A stretch of 64,000 nt of DNA, from the NCBI GenBank assembly GCA_934526185.1, contig CAKTAA010000003.1, forward strand, positions 2,950 through 66,949, in the 5' to 3' direction. The translations under genes and the position numbers were made by a program. The notes beneath the pieces were generated by a model. It was not told the DNA's origin. It was given only the letters and a program-made list of their open reading frames with translations, and did no database searches. The stretch comes from an uncultured Eubacteriales bacterium (lineage in GTDB: Bacteria > Bacillota > Clostridia > Oscillospirales > CAG-272). Shown here one piece after another: positions 28,816 to 36,569 of the stretch (positions within the stretch are counted from its first letter, which is position 1; each line of letters begins with the position of its first letter).

Positions 28816-29712
28816 TTATATTTCATACGCAGGATCAATTTCCTTTAATTCTCTGTACGTATCTATCTCCGCAATGTCATCGAAGGAGCATTCGCGCACA
28901 GCTACACGGTATTCCTCTATAAAGTATTCAAGAGGCACCTGATCCCAGTACCGTTCCTTGCCGCCCGGAGACTGGTACACCTGCTCGACATGCTTGGCGA
29001 GCTTAACGCCGTCCTCCTCCGTCCAATACGAGACGCCGAACATATGGTAGCAATCGGTTCCTCCGATAGACAAATTTGTAATCCAGCCGTTCCGGCACTG
29101 GAAGCACCAGTCGTCCGTCATCGCAACCGGAACGCCGAGATAATTCGAGGTATACTGATATTTTGTGATAAGCGATGGGTTGGACAACAGCAGATCCGCC
29201 TCCAGCAGGTAAGCATTCGGAAGCAGATACCGCGCGCACATGACCGATGAGATATTATTTGCCTCATTGTACGCGGGGTTCTCGACAAATTTGATGTTCG
29301 GATACCGGTATAAAAGCTGATCAAACTGCTCGGACAAATAGCCGCGGATAATATAAATTTCATCAATTCCCGCTGCTGTAACGGCATCAAGCAGTGTATC
29401 GATGATTCGCTTTCCGCGTACGCGTACAAGCGGTTTCGGCGTATTCAGCGTAATCGGCACAAGGCGCGAACCAAAGCCCGCCGCCACAAAGACAGCACGT
29501 TTTACGCGATACGGCTCCAGTGCCTCGAGCCCTTTTTCCGCCACGCCGCCGTTGACCAGATAACCAGCCTCCGTAAGCTGGTACAGCGTTTTGTTGATGA
29601 TTCCGAGAGACATTCCGGTATGATCCGCCATCTCTCTCTGCGTTGCACGCCCATTTTTCTCGATCCACGTAAGCAGATCGAATTGTTTTTTTGACAGCAT
29701 TTCCCGTTCCAT
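28816..29712 (-). CDS. Winged-HTH domain fused to LicC-like cytidylyltransferase (NTP_transf family)
   Basis: Start moved to ATG 29712. N-terminal LSKKQFDLLTWIEKNGRATQREMADHTGMSLGIINKTLYQLTEAGYL (MarR-like wHTH). Then AVFVAAGFGSRLVPITLNTPKPLVRVRGKRII...IIRGYLSEQF...NPAYNEANNISS, matching the LicC / phosphocholine-type cytidylyltransferase pattern. Confidence 0.75.
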   Translation of the reverse strand: MEREMLSKKQFDLLTWIEKNGRATQREMADHTGMSLGIINKTLYQLTEAGYLVNGGVAEKGLEALEPYRVKRAVFVAAGFGSRLVPITLNTPKPLVRVRGKRIIDTLLDAVTAAGIDEIYIIRGYLSEQFDQLLYRYPNIKFVENPAYNEANNISSVMCARYLLPNAYLLEADLLLSNPSLITKYQYTSNYLGVPVAMTDDWCFQCRNGWITNLSIGGTDCYHMFGVSYWTEEDGVKLAKHVEQVYQSPGGKERYWDQVPLEYFIEEYRVAVRECSFDDIAEIDTYRELKEIDPAYEI

Positions 29713-29879
29713 TTTATGACCATCCCTTTCCGGTAACCTTGATATTGTGACAGTGAATTTTATACACAAATTGCCTGACCTTTGTAAAGGTAAAGGCCTT
29801 CGTCTGAAGGATTCATTTTTCAGACATATCGGCTTCGGATTTTTATTTTCTGTGAGAGCATCGTACCCGGTGTTTTCAT

Positions 29880-31541
29880 TTACACCTTCTCCGTGCCGCG
29901 GCGCTGAAACGCAGGTTCCCGCCTTTCCGCCTTTCCGTCTTCCGACGATATGCACCGTTTTCCCGAAAGATATTTTTCCGCCGATTTTCTGACAAAATAG
30001 ACGCCTCCCTTTACAAGCAGGTTCACGAAAAAGATGAGGAACGAAACAAAGGCGGAAGATTCCAGCAGAAGCTGCGCCTCAAACTGGGTAATCATCAGCG
30101 AAAGCGGCTTGGTATACGCGTCGGACAGGAAGGACACGGCAGAAATCGTGATCATGGAATTGACAAAAAAATAGGTAAACATCTCAAGCAGCGTCGGTAC
30201 GGTCTGGGGCAGAATAACGTCCTTTATCATCCGCATGCGGCCGATGCCGAGCGTCTGTCCGACAGCTTCCAGGTTTCCGTTCAGCTTGCCCAGACTGTTG
30301 TACATCATCAGATACGGAGATGCAAAAAAATGAACCAGATTCACAAGAATCAGAATGGCGAGCGTACCGTATATAAAGCTGCCTTTAAAGAAAAAAACAT
30401 AGGAAAGCCCCAGGACAACACCCGGAACAGCCAGCGACAGCAGAGATACCAAATGCAGCGCTTTCACCGTCCTGCCCCCGGTTCTCGCCGTCAGATAAGC
30501 ACATAAAAACGCCATACAAATTCCGGCGACAGCTACGCCCAGACTGATGATAACGGAATTGGCAAGATAAGTGCCCGCTCCTTTTTCCAGCGCGTTACGG
30601 ATATGGCGGAAGCTGAGCGACAGATCAACCGGATACCTGTTCGCCAGTGTCAGCATGATAAAGGACAAGAGCGGTGTCAGGACACCCACGGAGGTAACGG
30701 TGCAGAGCGTATACGCAGTGCCTTTAGCCGCGCGGCCGCTTTTCAGATCAAAAGGTTTTGTCTGAAACTGACTGTTCTGCCGCTCACGGCAGAGGAGGTC
30801 AAAGGCAAACGCAATGATTGCCGGAATCAGCAGCACGGTACCAATTACCGTGCCCCTGCCGAAGTCCAGACGCCCGATAACCTCATGATACATCATCACG
30901 GGAAGCGTCATATACTTTCCGCCTATCATCAGCGGCACGCCGTAGTCGGTAAAAATCAGCGTAAAGGTCGCAAAAATTACACTGACAAGCGGCTTTTTGA
31001 GATACGGCAGCGTGATCTGCTGAAACCGTCGCACGCGCGGTATCCCCAGCACGGACGCGGCTTCATACGGTGTGCTGTCCTCATACTTGAGCACATCGCT
31101 CAGCATCAGGAAAGCCACCGGAAACGAATACATCACGCTACCGGCAACAATGCCCCAAAAGCCGTACAAACCGGTCGAAAGGCCGAACAGTCTGGTCAGT
31201 ATCCCGTTTGCGCCAAACAGAATAATCAGGCCCATGCCGTGAGAAATCGACGGCAGCAGCATCGGCAGCACCAGAATCGTTTTAAAAAACGCTTTGCCGC
31301 GTATGCTTGTCCGGGCAATACAGAACGCCAGCGCTGCGGCAAGCAGCAGAGAAATCAGCGTAGCCGTAAGGGACACCGTCACAGAGTTTAAAAGCGCCTT
31401 CTGAAATTTTTCACCTGAAAAAACTTTGCCGATATCCGTGTCGGCAAGACCGAAGAGCATTCTCCCAACAGGGAGGATGACGGAAAAGAGAAAGAAAACG
31501 GCGGCGGCGAGCTTCGCAGCCGAACATGTTCGACGTTTCAA
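29880..31541 (-). CDS. ABC transporter permease, fused double-domain (FbpB/ThiP/PhnU-type)
   Basis: 553 aa, about 12 predicted TM helices, two BPD_transp-like halves. Same operon as the ATPase and binding protein. Confidence 0.8.
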   Translation of the reverse strand: MKRRTCSAAKLAAAVFFLFSVILPVGRMLFGLADTDIGKVFSGEKFQKALLNSVTVSLTATLISLLLAAALAFCIARTSIRGKAFFKTILVLPMLLPSISHGMGLIILFGANGILTRLFGLSTGLYGFWGIVAGSVMYSFPVAFLMLSDVLKYEDSTPYEAASVLGIPRVRRFQQITLPYLKKPLVSVIFATFTLIFTDYGVPLMIGGKYMTLPVMMYHEVIGRLDFGRGTVIGTVLLIPAIIAFAFDLLCRERQNSQFQTKPFDLKSGRAAKGTAYTLCTVTSVGVLTPLLSFIMLTLANRYPVDLSLSFRHIRNALEKGAGTYLANSVIISLGVAVAGICMAFLCAYLTARTGGRTVKALHLVSLLSLAVPGVVLGLSYVFFFKGSFIYGTLAILILVNLVHFFASPYLMMYNSLGKLNGNLEAVGQTLGIGRMRMIKDVILPQTVPTLLEMFTYFFVNSMITISAVSFLSDAYTKPLSLMITQFEAQLLLESSAFVSFLIFFVNLLVKGGVYFVRKSAEKYLSGKRCISSEDGKAERREPAFQRRGTEKV

Positions 31542-31627
31542 GAGATTATCATACCTTTCTGTGTTCTGTCAGAGAGGAACCGAACAAATTGTTCGGTTCC
31601 TCTCCCATTTGCGCGCAAATGGCCTTT

Positions 31628-32389
31628 TTATGCCGTTACCGAAGTAAATCTTGCAAGGCTGTCAATTTTCATTCTGAGATTATCCAGTACAAATTCCTTT
31701 ACATAAGCATCCGCCGGCTGTCTCAGAATCTCTTCAGGCGTTCCTATCTGATGCATGCTCGCCTCTCCCATGACCATAATCCTGTCTGACATGGCGAACG
31801 CCTCCTCCTGATCATGGGTGATATAAATCATCGCCGCGCCGGTCTTTTTTTGAATATCCTTAAGCTCGCGCCGCAGCGACAGACGCGTAGCTACATCCAG
31901 AGCGCTCATCGGTTCGTCGAACAGAATAAGATCCGGCTGCAGCGCCAGCGTCCGTGCGATAGCCACCCGCTGCATCTGACCACCCGAAAGCTGTGCCGGA
32001 CGCTTGTTTTTGTGATCTGTCAGGCCGACCAGCTCCAGCATCGACAGAGCAGTCTGCCGGGACTGCGGTTTCATCTCCTTTTTCAGTCTGACCGCGTATT
32101 CAACATTTTTCAAAACGGTCATGTTCTCAAACAGTGCGTAATTCTGGAACACAATCCCCATGCCCCTCTTATCGGGCGGCTCACGGGTGATGTCCTTTTG
32201 ATCCTTCAGAATGGCGCCGCCCGTCGGCTCAAGCAAACCGATAATGATGCGCAGCAGCGTCGTCTTTCCGCAGCCGGAGGGCCCCAGGACAGAAAGAAAT
32301 TCCCCGCCCTTCACCTCAAAGCTTAACGGATTTAAAATAATTTTGCCGTCGATCTGTTTTTCGATATCGCGGATTATCAGTGATTCCAT
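31628..32389 (-). CDS. ABC transporter ATP-binding protein
   Basis: Walker A GPSGCGKTT, signature LSGGQMQRV, Walker B LILFDEPMSALD. Confidence 0.9.
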   Translation of the reverse strand: MESLIIRDIEKQIDGKIILNPLSFEVKGGEFLSVLGPSGCGKTTLLRIIIGLLEPTGGAILKDQKDITREPPDKRGMGIVFQNYALFENMTVLKNVEYAVRLKKEMKPQSRQTALSMLELVGLTDHKNKRPAQLSGGQMQRVAIARTLALQPDLILFDEPMSALDVATRLSLRRELKDIQKKTGAAMIYITHDQEEAFAMSDRIMVMGEASMHQIGTPEEILRQPADAYVKEFVLDNLRMKIDSLARFTSVTA

Positions 32390-33366
32390 CTGTCAAGCAG
32401 CCTGTCCTTCCGTTCCACATCCTTGATTCCCGTCATATCGCCGTACGGGATTTCCTTCGGAAAATTCTCCATGTTGATTTCCTGATCCTTATAAATTTGC
32501 TCCGGAGAGTACAGCTCCTTATCCTCCGGCGTCACCTCGTTCACAAGAAACTGAAAGACCTCGACAACTTGCTCCTCTGTCTGGCGCCCCTCTATCAGAG
32601 CGCTGGAATAGGTGGTATGCGGCGCCCCCTCCTCAAAGAAACGAATGTCGATATCCGTTCCGTTGTTTATCGCCGTAACAGCCTGAAACGTCATGCCGAG
32701 ACCAATCAGAGCTTCACCGTTTATCAGCTCCTGTACAGGCCCGGATCCGGAGGATGTAAACATTTTGATATTTTCCGCCAGCTTGTCGAAATAGGCGAAA
32801 GCCTCGTCCTCTCCCCATTCGTTTATCAGGTTGAGCAGGAATATATAACCGGTGCCGGAGGAGGCGGGATTCGGCATTGAAATTTTTCCCTTGTATTCCG
32901 GCTTCAGCAAATCCTCGTAGCTTTCCGGCACAGCAAGTCCGGCGTCGGTCAGGCCCTTGGTATTGAGCAGAACACCGCCGCTCAGACGGCACCACGGAAC
33001 ATATCTGTGACTTTCAGGTACAAGCTCCTCCACATATTTATCAAACGAAACGATGCCGTCGAGCGGGCAGATCGTATCACCCAGCTTTTCCAAATAAGTG
33101 GATTCCAGCTCCAGTATAATGTCGCAGTCAGTATCCTTTCCCTCCGAAAGCAGCTTTGCGGATAGCTCTCCTGTGGATTTGTATTCCACCTTGATATCCA
33201 AATCCGGAAATTCTTCTTTCAGCCGCTTGCGCACATATTCGTTCCGAAAATCCTCGGAGGTGGAATAAATCATGATCTGATCCTTGTTTTTTGAGCATCC
33301 GAACAAAAGCGGCAGACAAAACAGAACGCATGCCGCTGCAGCAAGGTATTTCCATATGCATTTCAT
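32377..33366 (-). CDS. ABC transporter substrate-binding lipoprotein (Fbp/AEP-type extracellular solute-binding family)
   Basis: Start moved to MKCIWKY (ATG 33366). Lipobox LLFGCS. 13-nt overlap with the ATPase gene. SGTGY and general fold-family pattern of iron/2-aminoethylphosphonate-type binding proteins (tentative specificity). Confidence 0.75.
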   Translation of the reverse strand: MKCIWKYLAAAACVLFCLPLLFGCSKNKDQIMIYSTSEDFRNEYVRKRLKEEFPDLDIKVEYKSTGELSAKLLSEGKDTDCDIILELESTYLEKLGDTICPLDGIVSFDKYVEELVPESHRYVPWCRLSGGVLLNTKGLTDAGLAVPESYEDLLKPEYKGKISMPNPASSGTGYIFLLNLINEWGEDEAFAYFDKLAENIKMFTSSGSGPVQELINGEALIGLGMTFQAVTAINNGTDIDIRFFEEGAPHTTYSSALIEGRQTEEQVVEVFQFLVNEVTPEDKELYSPEQIYKDQEINMENFPKEIPYGDMTGIKDVERKDRLLDRWNH

Positions 33367-33594
33367 TTTTATAACCATTCCTTTCTTTTGCAAAAATGTC
33401 TTTTGCGCTGATGCGGATCTGCGCCTCACTTTATTTAGAAGCTTGTAAATGGATCGAAAACCGCTTCTTGAAGCATGGTACAGACGGGCGTTACGAATAC
33501 TGCCGCTCCTCATGACTCACTTTAACAATGAAGATGGAAAAAGTTTCCTTACAATTTGAGTGTTTGATAACAATCAGGCAAGCATTCATTTAAA

Positions 33595-33676
33595 TGAACA
33601 AATCATAGCCGCACACCAAGGTTTTCCGGTGCGCAATTTGTTCACAGCGGGATGATTATACATCAAAAGTGAACAA
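33595..33676 (-). promoter_or_regulatory. Three TGAACAA/TTGTTCA half-sites around the promoter (candidate operator or leader hairpin)
   Basis: TGAACAAAT (33595-33603) is the exact inverted repeat of ATTTGTTCA (33636-33644). TTGTTCAC (33638-33645) is also the inverted repeat of GTGAACAA (33669-33676), and that pair brackets the -10. Confidence 0.35.
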
Positions 33677-33683
33677 CTGTCAA
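33655..33683 (-). promoter_or_regulatory. Consensus sigma-70 promoter of the ABC/LicC operon
   Basis: Minus strand reads TTGACA (33678-33683), 17 nt, TATAAT (33655-33660). It leaves a ~280-nt 5' leader before the ATG at 33366. Confidence 0.65.
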
Positions 33684-34204
33684 GGCCATTTGGTTTTTTA
33701 TTTCTCAGAAGAGCTGTTTTTCCCGGCATTTCCTCTAAATTTTCGAACAAATTCTAATCTGTCTTTACTTTTAATGCGCTCTGTGCTATAATAAATTTTG
33801 TTTGGCCCCTGCAAAAGAACAAAATTTGACAGCATTCTGCAGGATTGCAGTGCCCGACAGCTTCCAGGCGCAGAGCCAGAGGCCATGCCGGCCGGTTTCC
33901 TTGCTTTACAGCCACTGCTTGAGCTTGGACGCAGGGCACAACAAATATATTGCGGCGTACTTTTGGTGCTGTATGGCGAATGTTTCAAAAAAAGACAAAC
34001 AGGGATTTCCGTTCAGGGGAACAAAAAGTCTTTTTTGCCGTCTTTTTTCTATTGAGTTTAAAACACCACACCCCCGGTTTCTATTTTACGCGTATACGCG
34101 CGTGCCTTAAAAGTAAAAATTGTGAAATCAGGCTTACTCATACATAAACTGCATGTTCCAGTGAATTCATTGCACCGGCCGCCGGTGAAAGGACAGGTAT
34201 TTTC

Positions 34205-36046
34205 ATGAACAATCAGCATCCCCAGATTCCCTCGCAGACAAACGAAGCTCCCGTTTCTGAGTCTCCGGCAGAAAACAAAAAGAAGCATAAAACGCCGGAA
34301 GAAAATAAATTCATAAAGAAATGGAAAGCCCTTATACGCGAAAAACGTTCGTTTCGCTTTCGCCTTGCACTCTCCGCTTCCGCGGCGCTTGCATTTGCGT
34401 ATACGGTGCTGGTATTCGGTCCGTACGAAATTTATATAAAAAATATGGACTACTGCACCTTCTCCTTCTACGATCTCGTGCTTCCAATGGCGCTTACAGG
34501 ACTGGCTGCCTTTGCCGCGCTGACGCTGCTGCTGCTTGTATTCCGCGGCAAGCTTTTCACGGGCGCCGTATCCCTTGTTTTTGCTGTGACAATTGCATCA
34601 TATCTTCAGGCAAACTTTATAGGCAGCGATTTCGGTTCCCTTGACGGTACCACCATTGCATGGCAAAGCTATACGCTGCCGATGCTGTTCAACGCACTGA
34701 TATGGGGACTTCTTCTGCTCCTCCCCTTTGCCGTTGCCTATTTCAGCAAAAAAACCTGGGGCCGCGCCGTTATCTTCGTTTCACTTTTGCTTGTCGCCAT
34801 GCAGAGCGCCGGCCTTGTAGAGCTGCTGTTGAAAAACGACCTGACAAATATTTCAAAGGACGGATATCTGTCCCGCGAGACCATATTCGAAGTCTCGCCG
34901 GAAAACAATGTGGTTGTCTTTCTTTTGGATCGCTTTGATCAGCTCTATGCTGATGAACAGCTCGAGAAAAATCCCGATTTCTATGAAAAATTCTCCGGAT
35001 TTACCTTTTACAGGAACACAACGGGCAGTTATTCGCGCACGTTCCCGTCCGTTGCTTATTTTCTGACAGGCATTCCCTGCGACTATACCATTCCGAACAG
35101 CGATTATTTCCGAAAGGCCTGGGAGGAAACCTCTTTTCTTAGTGACATCCGTAAGGCAGGCTATCTTTCGAAAATTTATACGGAAATCAATTATGTCATC
35201 GGCGATATCGATTACGCACGCGAGGAAATTGACAACATCGGGGACAAGCCCCGCACGGTTAACGTGAAACGAATGCTTCAGTCCATGCTGAATCTTTCGG
35301 CATACCGATGCTGCCCTACCGCCATGCAGCCCTTTTTCCGCATGTATACCGGAGAGCTGCAGGACGTTGCCCAGCTTGAGGACGAAAATCTTTACGCATC
35401 CGATATCTACGGAACAGACGATGTCCGTTTTTTCAAAGACCTTCGGGAAAAAGGCGTCACCATAAACAATGACAGCAAGGGTTCCTTCATTTTCTATCAC
35501 ATGCAGGGCTCGCACGATCCCTACATCATGGACGAATACGGCAACCGCATCACCGGTGCGGAAACGACGATGTACCAGCAGACAAAGGGGAATCTCAACA
35601 TCATCGTGGAATATATCGAAAATTTAAAGAATCTGGGACTGTATGACGATACTACAATCATAGTCACCGCAGACCACGGCTGGACCGGCACTATGGAGCG
35701 TCTGGACAAGCCGCGTCTGATTTCCCTTTTTGTCAAGCCGAAGAATGCAGACATCACAAAGCCGCTCGCTGTGTCCGAAGCGCCCGTGTCTCAGGACAAC
35801 ATCCGCCCTACAGTTCTCCGCGCGCTCGGCATTGACAGCACCGCCTACGGTCCTGCCATTGAGGATATTGCGGAAGGAGACGACGTGGTCAGATACTTCT
35901 ATATGAGCGGTTCCAACAAAATGCTGACCAACCGCGACACCAATCTTGTCACATATGAAATCCGGGGAGACGCAAAGGTTTTTGACAATTGGAAGGTTCA
36001 CTCCGTCGTCCCCATGGAATATCCCTACTACGATGCGGGAAACTGA
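34205..36046 (+). CDS. LTA synthase / sulfatase-family membrane phosphotransferase
   Basis: 613 aa. About 5 N-terminal TM helices followed by an extracytoplasmic alkaline-phosphatase-superfamily domain (VVVFLLDRFD metal-site region, IIVTADHGW). Confidence 0.75.
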   Translation: MNNQHPQIPSQTNEAPVSESPAENKKKHKTPEENKFIKKWKALIREKRSFRFRLALSASAALAFAYTVLVFGPYEIYIKNMDYCTFSFYDLVLPMALTGLAAFAALTLLLLVFRGKLFTGAVSLVFAVTIASYLQANFIGSDFGSLDGTTIAWQSYTLPMLFNALIWGLLLLLPFAVAYFSKKTWGRAVIFVSLLLVAMQSAGLVELLLKNDLTNISKDGYLSRETIFEVSPENNVVVFLLDRFDQLYADEQLEKNPDFYEKFSGFTFYRNTTGSYSRTFPSVAYFLTGIPCDYTIPNSDYFRKAWEETSFLSDIRKAGYLSKIYTEINYVIGDIDYAREEIDNIGDKPRTVNVKRMLQSMLNLSAYRCCPTAMQPFFRMYTGELQDVAQLEDENLYASDIYGTDDVRFFKDLREKGVTINNDSKGSFIFYHMQGSHDPYIMDEYGNRITGAETTMYQQTKGNLNIIVEYIENLKNLGLYDDTTIIVTADHGWTGTMERLDKPRLISLFVKPKNADITKPLAVSEAPVSQDNIRPTVLRALGIDSTAYGPAIEDIAEGDDVVRYFYMSGSNKMLTNRDTNLVTYEIRGDAKVFDNWKVHSVVPMEYPYYDAGN

Positions 36047-36168
36047 TATATGGCTCACCTTGAATCCGCGTTTTCCTATTTACCCGGCCAGACCTGTCCG
36101 GCGCAACGGTCCGGCCGAAGCCGCACAGTCAAACCAATACATTTATCGCCGGAGAAACGGAATAAAAA

Positions 36169-36423
36169 ATGAAAACGATACGCAAGATTTTCACCTGCAT
36201 GTTTTTCCTTGTCTTTACCATGCTGTTCTTCGCCGTCAGCGCCGGCGCCTATATCGATCCTTCTGCCATGACCTATCTGGTTCAGATTATCGCAGGCGTC
36301 GTCATCGCAGCCGGAGCCGCTTTCGGCTTCTATTTCCGCAAAATCCGCCGCGCTATGAGCAAAAAGAAAAAAGCAGAGGAAGAGGACGACGAGGATGAGG
36401 ACGATGAGGACGAAATGAACTGA
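36169..36423 (+). CDS. Small membrane protein with poly-acidic C-terminal tail
   Basis: 84 aa. Signal-like helix, AYIDPSAMTYLVQIIAGVVIAAGAAFGFYF second helix, KKKK stop-transfer, then EEEDDEDEDDEDE. Lies between the LtaS-like and YidC-TagF genes. Confidence 0.45.
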   Translation: MKTIRKIFTCMFFLVFTMLFFAVSAGAYIDPSAMTYLVQIIAGVVIAAGAAFGFYFRKIRRAMSKKKKAEEEDDEDEDDEDEMN

Positions 36424-36569
36424 TTTTTCAGAAGTTTAAGCTGACCGGCTGAAATACTTTTTCAATTTTGTACCGGTGGCCGCATTCTTCTGCGGCTGAA
36501 ATATCAAAATAAATCCCCGCTTTCAGGCGGAATCCTGTTTGTCAGAGAAAGAAAGGAAACAGACGAAGC

